A DNA stretch of 64,000 nucleotides from a virus. Lineage: Duplodnaviria; Caudoviricetes. Within the stretch, counting starts at the first letter, position 1; each line of letters starts with the position of its first letter. The DNA is taken from IMG/VR virus record IMGVR_UViG_3300028602_000002, positions 1-64,000 of that record; one strand, 5' to 3'. A program made the translations under genes and the position numbers. Below the pieces are notes generated by a model. That model was given only the letters and a program-made list of their open reading frames with translations. It was not told the origin of the DNA and searched no databases. Positions 54,871 through 64,000 of the stretch are shown piece after piece.

Positions 54871-54901
54871 AAGGGGAGAGTTCGCTCTCCCCTTTTTATT
54901 T
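54871..54901 (+). terminator. intrinsic terminator
   Basis: AGGGGAGAG-TTCG-CTCTCCCCT plus T tract. Confidence 0.9.
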
Positions 54902-54929
54902 TATCAAGAATAAAGGGAGGAGATTTATT

Positions 54930-55676
54930 ATGGAATTTGGAATTCGTGGAGCATCTAATGTATTATTATCAAAATATGGAAATAAAGAACCTATTTTATT
55001 TCTACCAGAGATAACCTTTACTGATATTAATTTAGAAGGGGAGTTTGTTCCATCTAAAGGTGGACAACAAGGGATGAATCTTATTGCTTGGAATGAAAAT
55101 GCAGAAGCTACTTTTAGAATTAGAACTCCTATTTTTTCTATGGAATTTTTAGAAATTACAGCTGGTAGTGAATTAGTAACTAAAGAGACATTCATCCATG
55201 AAATACAAGTTTTACAACTTGACGAAGACAATAAAGCTAAACTAAAATCCTCACCTTCTAATAAAAGACCTATATTTGTTTTTGAGTTGAATGTTAGTGG
55301 GCGTCAAATCACTAATAAAATAACTGAGAAAAATTATGTAATTGACGGAGACGAGATCACAGTCACCACTTCTCTTACTGGAGATTGGATTTTAGTTTAC
55401 TATTATCATAAAACATCAATACAAATTGTAGAAATTGGTAAATTTGTTAATATGGGTTATTTATCTCTCTTAGGAGAGACTGAAATATATAATCAAGATA
55501 GTGGAAATACAGAATTCCTGAAGTTTGATTTTCCTAAAATTGAGATTCGTCAGCAATTTAATTTACAAATGTTAAATGCAACTAATCCAGATCAGTTTTT
55601 CTTTATGGATTGTGTAGCTTTAATAGAGAACCCAGAGGATAAAGTTCTATTGAGACTAATGAAAGCGAATAGCTAA
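54930..55676 (+). CDS. tail tube paralogue
   Basis: FGIRGASNV...KGG.....LI.W, similar to the preceding gene. Confidence 0.7.
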   Translation: MEFGIRGASNVLLSKYGNKEPILFLPEITFTDINLEGEFVPSKGGQQGMNLIAWNENAEATFRIRTPIFSMEFLEITAGSELVTKETFIHEIQVLQLDEDNKAKLKSSPSNKRPIFVFELNVSGRQITNKITEKNYVIDGDEITVTTSLTGDWILVYYYHKTSIQIVEIGKFVNMGYLSLLGETEIYNQDSGNTEFLKFDFPKIEIRQQFNLQMLNATNPDQFFFMDCVALIENPEDKVLLRLMKANS

Positions 55677-55771
55677 AGAGAGCAAGGATAATGTAGCGGG
55701 AAAGCTCTCTTTTAAAATTGGGCTTTCTCGTTTTTTTTATTGTAATATAGATGGAATGTAGGTGAGATAAG

Positions 55772-57121
55772 ATGGCTGAATTAACAGGTAGACCAACTTA
55801 TGATTTAAGTTTGGGTGGAGAATACGTTCATACTAATATTTATCACTTTCATCGTAGTTTAGGTAGCTTTGCTGACCCAAGAACTAACTTTGATTTTATA
55901 TTGCAGGAAACTATTGATAAACAAGAGCAGAGAGAAAGAAGGATTAATGAACAATTCACCAGAGCTGGTATTGATAGGGGTATTGATGGATTTGTAGAAG
56001 AGATGAGAACCTTCCAAAATATAGTGAATAATGTTTGGAAGATAGGAGAAGTAACAAGAGCTGCATATTTACCAAAACAATTTGAACAATGGAGTCCAGC
56101 GGCTTTACAGCATCAAGCTCAAATACTAAAAGACTATTTAGATAGTTTAACTCAGTTCCATAATAATGCAATGGAAATTGGTGGCTATAAGATAGAGGAT
56201 GTAGAAAGATTTATGCCAGGATTTACTAAACTAAGAGGAGAGTTACAGAAAGCTATCAAAGGATATGAAGATATTCAAACAACTGGTGGAGATATTGGAA
56301 GACAGATAGCAGGTATGGTTAACTATTTTAAGGGACTTGGATATGAAGGGGTAATAGGTTCGGCAACAGCTGGAATTCTAGCTGGTTTCCAAGAACTCAG
56401 AAGTCAACAGGTTGAAGTAGGGTTAACAGGGATGGTACAAAGGGCAGATGGTAGACAAGTAAAGGTTGATGTTTTACCTAAGTTAGAAGACTGGGGAGTA
56501 AGTTTTGGAATAAGTGTAAAAGCTACTCGACAGAAAACTTTAGAAGCTAGGTGGGGAGCTACATTACATTCTGGTAATGTTCGTTCTATTGCTCAATTAA
56601 TAGAAGATACTAGGATGGGAGATCCCCATTTAGGTGATCAGTTTAAATATTTCTTAATTAACCTATCAAGAATGAGAGATTATGCTCAAGCATATGGTAA
56701 GGAGGTCAGAGGGCCAAGTAAAATTACCGACTATCCAGAGTATTATAAATTAACTCAAGAAATAGCTAAAACATATGCAACATTTTTTGTGGGAGCTGAA
56801 TTACCAGGAAGGACGGCTGATGTAGAAATTCCTGAGTTATTTAATGTAGATATTTTTGTATTAGGAGATAGAATTTATAAAAAGTCAGAACTGTTAAGGC
56901 AAATTCAAACAGGTGAAATGGATGTTAAATTTAAATTGAAAGAATATTTATCTCAACCTCAGTCATTCTGGGAAAATTATGATATTAAAAAACGTGAGGC
57001 TATGACACAGGTTGGTGGAGATTATTCGCAAGTAGTGGGGCAAGATTTTGTTACAGATGCTGTAAGAAAACTATTGCCACAGAAAGCCGCTATTACTTTA
57101 CATGCGGTGGTAGGAAAATAA
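55772..57121 (+). CDS. hypothetical tail-region protein
   Basis: 449-aa ORF with RBS; KVD...GISVK motif. Confidence 0.7.
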   Translation: MAELTGRPTYDLSLGGEYVHTNIYHFHRSLGSFADPRTNFDFILQETIDKQEQRERRINEQFTRAGIDRGIDGFVEEMRTFQNIVNNVWKIGEVTRAAYLPKQFEQWSPAALQHQAQILKDYLDSLTQFHNNAMEIGGYKIEDVERFMPGFTKLRGELQKAIKGYEDIQTTGGDIGRQIAGMVNYFKGLGYEGVIGSATAGILAGFQELRSQQVEVGLTGMVQRADGRQVKVDVLPKLEDWGVSFGISVKATRQKTLEARWGATLHSGNVRSIAQLIEDTRMGDPHLGDQFKYFLINLSRMRDYAQAYGKEVRGPSKITDYPEYYKLTQEIAKTYATFFVGAELPGRTADVEIPELFNVDIFVLGDRIYKKSELLRQIQTGEMDVKFKLKEYLSQPQSFWENYDIKKREAMTQVGGDYSQVVGQDFVTDAVRKLLPQKAAITLHAVVGK

Positions 57122-57144
57122 AAGAATTCTAAGGAGGAGTAAAA

Positions 57145-57675
57145 ATGATTTCTGTAAAACAATTAGCTGAAAATTTTGAATATCCTGATGCTAAGGATAT
57201 TGACTTTAATGGGGAGCAACTTTTTGTCAAACAATATTTACCAACAGAGCAAAAATATGGTTTAATTGAAGGGGCTATTTTCCTATTAGGATTAAATGAA
57301 GGACCTTTAAATCCTTTATTATCTGAAGTTGTGTTTGAAATTGAACTTGTAAAAGCATATTCAAGTGTAAGTTTTGAAGATTTTAATGAAGGTGTTTTTA
57401 AAGAATATGATATTTTAGATAAAAGTGGTATTATAGAAGCAGTAATTAAAAATATTCCTGTTCAAGAATATGAAGAAATTTGTCGTTTATATGATGAAAC
57501 ATTAAAGGAAACTATGGAATATAATAAGAGTTTACTTGCTTTACTTACTGGGATTATTGGGAATCTTTCTAATAGTTTAAAAGAAGTTGGAGAAGATTTA
57601 GATAATTTTGATATGAGTAACTATGAAGCGGTAGCTGGGATTTTGAAGAAATTAGGAGATCAAAAACATATATAA
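57145..57675 (+). CDS. putative tail assembly chaperone
   Basis: VKQYLP..K..LI motif; directly before the tape measure. Confidence 0.6.
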   Translation: MISVKQLAENFEYPDAKDIDFNGEQLFVKQYLPTEQKYGLIEGAIFLLGLNEGPLNPLLSEVVFEIELVKAYSSVSFEDFNEGVFKEYDILDKSGIIEAVIKNIPVQEYEEICRLYDETLKETMEYNKSLLALLTGIIGNLSNSLKEVGEDLDNFDMSNYEAVAGILKKLGDQKHI

Positions 57676-57707
57676 GAGTATAAGGTGAAAAGAGAATAAG
57701 GTGGTGA

Positions 57708-60700
57708 TTGCGGTTGGCAGACGTAACATTAAAATTTAGTATAGATGTTAGTAGAGCTAAGGCGTCTTTAGATGGTTTTAGAAGAGCTATGTCAGGTTTA
57801 AAATTAGGGGATGAACTAACTAAATCATTAGAACAACAGATGACACTTATTGAAAAAAAGATGAAACAATTACAAGACTTTAAAATAACTCCTCAAACTG
57901 ATGAAGCTACTATGAAACAGTTTAAGAAATTAATGGATGAAATTACTAAAGCTACTTCTGAAGTAGAAGGATCTTTTGGTAAAATTAATGCTGAGATTCG
58001 TCAAAGTACTGGATTAAGTTCTCAGCATTTTGATAAATTAAAACACATTCAACAAATTAATGAAGGTATTAGAACTACTTACCAACAAACTAGAGAAGCT
58101 TTAGTTGCTAGATTAACTCACAGAGAGAAAGAATTACAACTTGCTCAGTTAGAAGGTAGGATAGCTAGTGAGCAACGTGAATCAACTAAAGAGAAATTAC
58201 AATTAACTTTAGAGAATAAAAAAAATGATGAAGATAGATTGGCTATTGTTCAGCAAATTAGAGATTTAGATAAAGAGTTTAAAGGTCAAGAAGCTAGAAT
58301 GGCTATTGATGAAGAGAGAGCTAAAGTTCTTGAAGACCAGTTAAGTAAGCACCAAGAAATTAAACAAGCTCTTGATGAAAAGAAAGTTGCATATGATGAT
58401 TTAGAAAACCAAACAAGACAGGCTGAACAAGGTAGGCAGAGAGCTTTAGAAGCTCAAAAGGAAGGATTAGATGCTGTAACTAAAGGAATAAGTACGTTAA
58501 CTGATAGAATGAGAAGGTTAGCGGAATTTACTGTAGCCGCTTTTGCTTTACGTACTTTAAGAAGGTTCTTTCAAGAGGGATTAGGTTTTGTTAGAGATTT
58601 AGATAAATCTTTAACAGAGATTGCAACTGTTACTCATACAACCAGAGAAGAAATGTGGAAGATGGCAGTAGAGTTTAACCGCTTGGGTAGAGAGTTAGGT
58701 AGAACAACTAGTGAAATCGCTCAAGCGTCTGTTATCTTCTATAGGCAGGGTCTACAACAGCATGAAGTTTTAGAAATGGTTAGAGCTTCTACTATTTCAG
58801 CAGGTATTGCTAACACTGATACTGCTGATGCTTCTGATAGATTGACGTCTGCTTTAAGAGGTTTCTTAAGACCTGCCAGTGAAGCTATGAGTGTAGCAGA
58901 TAAACTTGCTGCTCTTGCTGCTCAGTCAGCTTCATCTTTTGATGAATTGTCTTACGCTATGACTAAGACTGCTGCTTCTGCACAAGTGGCAGGTATTGAT
59001 ATGGACCATTTATTTGCCTACATAGCAAAGGTAATTGAAGCTACTCGTGAAGCTCCAGAAAACATTGGAACTGCTTTTAAAACTATTATTGCTCGTATGC
59101 AACAAGTTAAAGAAGCTGGAGTTATTGTTGAAGATGGAGTGACTACTCCATTAAATAAAGTACAAGAGGCATTAGAAGCAGTTGGTGTTGAGTTATTAGA
59201 TCATGAAGGACAACTAAGGGATTTACAAGATGTTTTCCGTGACTTAGGTCGAGAATGGGATTACATGGATAGAAACACTAAAGCTTATTTGGCTACTATT
59301 ATAGCTGGTTCTCGTCAACAGTCTCGTTTCTTAGCTTTAATGAATGACTTCAATAGAACTAATGAGTTAATTACAGTTTCTCAGTTAAGTGCTGGAGAAG
59401 CTTCTAAACAGTTCCAAACACATTTAACTGGAATTGAAGCCTCTTTAGTTAGATTAAAAGCTGCTCAAGAAGAATTTTTAATAGGATTAATTAATCCTGA
59501 ACATTATAAAGGTGCCATAGATTCATTAAGAACTTTACTTGATACTTTTAGTGGTATCCCTCCAGTTTTAACGTTAGCTATTGCTGGTATCACATTGTGG
59601 ACAATGAAAACTATTATTGCTATGGGAGCAACTGTTGCTAAAGCTAATGCTGAGAAGATTAGAAATGTTGTAGAGACAGAAGGACTAGGTATTGCTTATC
59701 AAAGAGTATTGGCAAACTTAAAAGAAGCTGGCTCTACTACAGTATTAATAGGTAAACTATTAACTTTAATAGGTGTTAAAAAAGGTGTTATAGCAACGAC
59801 ACTTGCTATGCATGCTGCTACTTTTGGTCTTTCTGTAGTAATAATGGCAGCTGTTGCCGCTGTTGGATATTTAGTAATAAGATTAGCCAGTTTAGCTAGT
59901 GCTAGAAAATTAGAATTGGAAAGATTACGTGAATCTATTGGTCAAAAACAAGAAGAAATTACAGTTCTTGAGAGAGAAAAAGACCAGTTAAGAGATCTAG
60001 CAAAAGAACATGAAACATTAAGAAATAAAGTAACTCGTACAGCTGATGAAGAAGCTAGATTAGCTACTTTAAATCAAGAACTGTCTGATACTTATGGAAG
60101 ATTAGTTGTAGGCGTAGATTCTTTTGGTAATGTAATAATAGATACTACATCTTATATAGAAGAAGAAGCTCGAAAAATTAGAGAATTAAACTTTGAATTA
60201 TTAGAGAATAGAAGAATTTTAGCAGAAGAAGAATTTAAAATAGATTTTAGAGAAACAGGGGATGAGATAAGAAAGCTCAGAATACAGTTTGAGCAACTAA
60301 CAGGAGAAATTTTTGGAACTGAAGGAGAGAGAAGTATTCAATTTTCTACCCCAAGAGCTCCTGCGAGACCTAGAGATATTGAAGAAGACGCTCCTTGGGC
60401 GCAAAGAAAACTACATGAATGGCATATGAGTAGATATGAAGAAGGGCAAAAAAGAATTGAAGAAATTAGAAAACAATTAGAAGAATCAGAAGAGAGACAG
60501 AATAGAATTATAGAAGAACGTCTTCGTCTACAAGATCAAATTTTAGTTGCTTCTATTGCTTTAAACGAAGAATTAGATGTTGCAACAAAGTTGTTAGCTG
60601 AACAGGTAGTTTTAAGTGTTGAAAGACCTGATCCAACAGAGATGTTAACACTAACAGATCAAGAATTAGAAGAAGCATTTTCAGACTATGAACAAAGAGT

Positions 60701-62729
60701 TCAAGATAAATTACAAGCTGCTTTTACAGAGGAAACAAGTGAACAGTTTAATGAACTTCTTAGAGATTATGGTAGAGAAATTGGTTATCATATATCTGAT
60801 GGATTAGATGTTGGTGATATAGAGGAAAGAATATCACAATTTGAAGCTGATGTTGCTGACTTGCTTGATATAGATCCAGGTGTTGTAGATTTAACTCAAT
60901 TTATTATTGGACCTGATGTTGACATTCTGAAACCAATAGTAGATTTTCAAAGAAGGTTGGAAGAAACTGGAGAATTTACTGAGCAGTATGGAACAGAATT
61001 AGAGAATTTAAGACAAACATCAGTAAGAGTTTATTCAGCGATGACAGATTCCTTAAATAGATATATTCAAGAATGGGAATCTATGCCAGAGTATAGAGAG
61101 ATGGAAGACCCAGAAGATAGAATGGGCTTCATTAATGAAAGATTAGCAGAAAGAGTCGCACTTTATGATGAACTATCTAAAGTAGTTCGTACTGGTGGTT
61201 TAGCTGAAGGATTAGAAGAAGCTGAGAAGTATTTAGATGCAGGAAATATAGCTTTATATAATAAGGAAATAAGGTCTTTAATTAATGGAATTCAAGATCT
61301 AACTCCTGAATTAAGAGATGCATTTATAGAAATTTATGAAATCGGTGAAACAATTCCAGGCTCATTACAGGGTGCGGTAGATACTATAAGAAATACTGCT
61401 GATGCTGTTAAAGATTTATCTCCAGCTTTAGATACTTTAAGAGAAGGTCAAGCTCTTAGCTTAGATCAAATTTTAAATTTAGTGGAAGCACATCAGGATT
61501 TAATCTATCATTTAGAAGTAGAAAATGGGATAATTAGATTAAATCAAGAAGGCATAGAGGCTTTAAAAGCTGCTAAATTAGAAGCATTTAGAGAAGAGTT
61601 AAGAAATCATAAAACTTCTTTACAAGCTCAATTAATAAGAGTGGAAACAGAAATTGCATTAATGGAAGCTGTTAAAGAAGGCGATCTAACAATGCAGGAG
61701 GCTGATGCACAGTTAGAAACTTCAATTAACAATGTTGAAGCCACTGCAGAAGCAGCAACTAAAAATATGATTAATGATGCTAATGCTGTTGGAGAGGCTC
61801 AAGTTAATGCAGCTAAGCAATCTGATGAAGCATGGGCACAGTTTTATCGTAATCAAGTGGCTAGAATAGCTGGAGAAGAAGCTCAAAGAGTAGTTAGAGC
61901 TTTTAGTCCTTATGCTAGACCTACAGGAGAGAGAGCTGTTGCTGAAAGACATTATAGTGATTTTTATGCTGATCAGTTAGCTTTAGAAGGACAAAGAGAA
62001 AGAGATAGAGCTGAAGCTGAAAGAAGATTAAGTATTCTTAGAGACAGAGCAGGTATATTAGAACAACAAATTGATGTTCTTTCTAAGTTAATGGACGCTG
62101 ATTTAGTTGCTAATATCAAAACTGGTACTGAAAGCGCTTCTAAAGCGATGGAAGAATATATATCTGTATTGGAAGATTATTATAATATTCTAAGAAGAAT
62201 TGATCAATTGCAAGCGGAAATTGCTTTACTTCAAGCAGAAAGAAGATCCCTTGAAGGCTCTGATGATATTATTGAATCTTTAGGAAGAGAAATTGAATTA
62301 ATCCATCAATTACATCAAGAGCAAGAGAGATTATTAGCCGCCCAAGAGATTTCTATAGCCGCTTTAGGAGATAAGATTACTAAAGAATTTAGTGGTATAG
62401 TAACTATCACTGATGGATTATTACAAGTTAATATGACTGCTTATGATAGGCTTGGTGATAAAGCTAAAGAGCGTCTTGATGAGATGATTCAAGATTGGGA
62501 TTCATTAAATGAATCAATTAGAGAAACTACTTTAGCACTATCTGACTTAGAATATGAGTTAAAAAATCTTGGACAGGAAATTGTCAATTTATTAAAGACA
62601 AAATTAACTGAAGCTTTTGAGAAAATAGAAGAAGAAATTAATGGCAATATAGATGCAATAAGAAAATTAAGTGATGAGTTTGATAAGGCTTTTACTTTAT
62701 GCAAAGCCAAGCAGATAGATTTGATATGA
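57708..62729 (+). CDS. tail tape measure protein (5' part)
   Basis: LD..LTEI..V, G.A.KTI.AR and AG.RQ..RF.ALM core; TM patch; long coiled coil. Confidence 0.9.
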   Translation: MRLADVTLKFSIDVSRAKASLDGFRRAMSGLKLGDELTKSLEQQMTLIEKKMKQLQDFKITPQTDEATMKQFKKLMDEITKATSEVEGSFGKINAEIRQSTGLSSQHFDKLKHIQQINEGIRTTYQQTREALVARLTHREKELQLAQLEGRIASEQRESTKEKLQLTLENKKNDEDRLAIVQQIRDLDKEFKGQEARMAIDEERAKVLEDQLSKHQEIKQALDEKKVAYDDLENQTRQAEQGRQRALEAQKEGLDAVTKGISTLTDRMRRLAEFTVAAFALRTLRRFFQEGLGFVRDLDKSLTEIATVTHTTREEMWKMAVEFNRLGRELGRTTSEIAQASVIFYRQGLQQHEVLEMVRASTISAGIANTDTADASDRLTSALRGFLRPASEAMSVADKLAALAAQSASSFDELSYAMTKTAASAQVAGIDMDHLFAYIAKVIEATREAPENIGTAFKTIIARMQQVKEAGVIVEDGVTTPLNKVQEALEAVGVELLDHEGQLRDLQDVFRDLGREWDYMDRNTKAYLATIIAGSRQQSRFLALMNDFNRTNELITVSQLSAGEASKQFQTHLTGIEASLVRLKAAQEEFLIGLINPEHYKGAIDSLRTLLDTFSGIPPVLTLAIAGITLWTMKTIIAMGATVAKANAEKIRNVVETEGLGIAYQRVLANLKEAGSTTVLIGKLLTLIGVKKGVIATTLAMHAATFGLSVVIMAAVAAVGYLVIRLASLASARKLELERLRESIGQKQEEITVLEREKDQLRDLAKEHETLRNKVTRTADEEARLATLNQELSDTYGRLVVGVDSFGNVIIDTTSYIEEEARKIRELNFELLENRRILAEEEFKIDFRETGDEIRKLRIQFEQLTGEIFGTEGERSIQFSTPRAPARPRDIEEDAPWAQRKLHEWHMSRYEEGQKRIEEIRKQLEESEERQNRIIEERLRLQDQILVASIALNEELDVATKLLAEQVVLSVERPDPTEMLTLTDQELEEAFSDYEQRVQDKLQAAFTEETSEQFNELLRDYGREIGYHISDGLDVGDIEERISQFEADVADLLDIDPGVVDLTQFIIGPDVDILKPIVDFQRRLEETGEFTEQYGTELENLRQTSVRVYSAMTDSLNRYIQEWESMPEYREMEDPEDRMGFINERLAERVALYDELSKVVRTGGLAEGLEEAEKYLDAGNIALYNKEIRSLINGIQDLTPELRDAFIEIYEIGETIPGSLQGAVDTIRNTADAVKDLSPALDTLREGQALSLDQILNLVEAHQDLIYHLEVENGIIRLNQEGIEALKAAKLEAFREELRNHKTSLQAQLIRVETEIALMEAVKEGDLTMQEADAQLETSINNVEATAEAATKNMINDANAVGEAQVNAAKQSDEAWAQFYRNQVARIAGEEAQRVVRAFSPYARPTGERAVAERHYSDFYADQLALEGQRERDRAEAERRLSILRDRAGILEQQIDVLSKLMDADLVANIKTGTESASKAMEEYISVLEDYYNILRRIDQLQAEIALLQAERRSLEGSDDIIESLGREIELIHQLHQEQERLLAAQEISIAALGDKITKEFSGIVTITDGLLQVNMTAYDRLGDKAKERLDEMIQDWDSLNESIRETTLALSDLEYELKNLGQEIVNLLKTKLTEAFEKIEEEINGNIDAIRKLSDEFDKAFTLCKAKQIDLI

Positions 62730-64000
62730 CTAGTTTTCAAAGAGAAATAGGTCTTGTATTAGATAGATTGGCAATGTTAGAAGGTAGAAGATTTGTTATT
62801 ACTGAACCTACTCTTGGAGAAGGTACAATAAGACAGAATATATTAACTACTCAAAGAGATATTGTTGCTAATGTAGAAAGATTAAAACAAATACAAGAAG
62901 ATGTTAACAATATTCTAAGCAGAGAAAGACAAACCAGAGAAGATATTAAAAGAGATACTGAAGATCTTAATAATTTATTAGAGAAGAAAAGAGAGATTCA
63001 AACAGAGTTAATTCAACAAGAAAGATCATTGTTGAATCAAATAGAAGACAGACAAAGAGCACATGCTCAGATTATTCATAATTTACAACAGGAGATTGAG
63101 AATAGAAGGAAAGCTCATCAAGAGATTGAAAGAAGATTACAGGCTGAAATAGATCATTATAATAAACTGAATGATTCTATTAAAGGAACTGCTTTCAATA
63201 TAGAAAGGTTAGCTCAAGAAATAGCATTATTAGGTGTTGAACATGATATTGCTGTTGATATTGGTGAGGTGCCTGTTGGTGAGATTCCAACTGATTTATT
63301 AACGATATATAATCAAGTTGCTAATTTAGCTAAAGGTATTAATTCAGATCTTGATTCTCAAATTCAGTTAAAAAGAGAAATCTTTGATTTAATTGAAGAT
63401 ATTGAAAAAGAAATGAGGAATGTTACACTTCAATATCAGAGACAAAGAAAAGAATTAGTTGATCAAATTGAACAGCTAAAGAAAGCAGAGTCTGAGCGAC
63501 ATAAGTTTGTTAGTGATTTATTAGATAAAGAACTTAAGAAGTATGAAGAGATTATTAATGCTAAACTTAAACTGCTAGAAGAGGAAAAAGCAGAAAGAGA
63601 TTTTCAAGAGCAAATATTTGAAGAAGAACAAGAGAGAGCTAGAATATTAGCAGAGTTAGATGTTTTAGGTTTAGATGATAGTCATGAAGCTAGGGCTAGA
63701 TTTCTCCAATTACAAGAAGAACTAGCTGAAAAAGAGTATGAGTTAAATAAAATGCACGATGAGAGAACTCTTGAATTAAGGAAGAGTAATTTACAACAAC
63801 AGTTAGATAATATTCGTGCGTATATAGATGCTCTCAGAGAAAGAAATGATATAGTAGCAGAAGAGAATAATAGACATCTTGAATTATTAGAAGAACAACT
63901 TGAAGAATTAGATGCTGCTTACAATAAAGAAATTGCTATTCTTAATCTGTTTGTAAACCACGTAAGAGATGTATATCAGGATTTAAATTCAGCAATTCAA
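62699..64000 (+). CDS. tape measure continuation in the -1 frame, open to the window end
   Basis: coiled-coil frame without a stop from 62687; joins the upstream ORF if one T is added at 62690-62693. Confidence 0.8.
   Translation, partial: MQSQADRFDMTSFQREIGLVLDRLAMLEGRRFVITEPTLGEGTIRQNILTTQRDIVANVERLKQIQEDVNNILSRERQTREDIKRDTEDLNNLLEKKREIQTELIQQERSLLNQIEDRQRAHAQIIHNLQQEIENRRKAHQEIERRLQAEIDHYNKLNDSIKGTAFNIERLAQEIALLGVEHDIAVDIGEVPVGEIPTDLLTIYNQVANLAKGINSDLDSQIQLKREIFDLIEDIEKEMRNVTLQYQRQRKELVDQIEQLKKAESERHKFVSDLLDKELKKYEEIINAKLKLLEEEKAERDFQEQIFEEEQERARILAELDVLGLDDSHEARARFLQLQEELAEKEYELNKMHDERTLELRKSNLQQQLDNIRAYIDALRERNDIVAEENNRHLELLEEQLEELDAAYNKEIAILNLFVNHVRDVYQDLNSAIQ

Noticed and set aside
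40775-62740. Minus-strand ORFs within the structural module
   Set aside because: Antisense shadows of long, well-supported + strand genes.
1-64000. Integrase, reverse transcriptase (DGR/retron) or group I/II introns
   Set aside because: No recognisable motifs in this window, so lifestyle cannot be determined from it.

Overview
A 64-kb piece of a large, AT-rich tailed phage, probably a siphovirus of a Firmicutes/Clostridia-type host, read in the standard genetic code. 0-7 kb: small nucleotide-metabolism and DNA-modification genes mixed with gene relics (nrdJ tail, tdk, Dam, TnpB). 7.3-14.1 kb: a 12-tRNA cluster with GIY-YIG and HNH homing endonucleases, a ROOL-like large RNA and two further unexplained structured RNAs. 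14-28 kb: an early-type region of many sigmaA-type promoter cassettes. It carries small proteins (three paralogues of one unknown family), a 13th tRNA, an 81-nt tmRNA-like RNA with no message domain and several other unrecognised structured RNAs. Its spacers are packed with strand-biased repeats and CodY-like boxes, and it ends at a G9 tract that may mark the genome terminus. 28-33 kb: putative regulator and thymidine kinase. 33-40 kb: glycosylation/polysaccharide-modification cluster. 40-64 kb: virion module from collagen-like fibre through terminase, portal, protease/scaffold, capsid, neck and tail tube to the tape measure, which runs off the window. The best candidate for an undescribed system is the RNA-rich early region, centred on the TLD-only mini-tmRNA, together with ORFs whose stop codons lie inside tRNA genes. 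All family calls and RNA folds were made by eye, without database searches or folding software.
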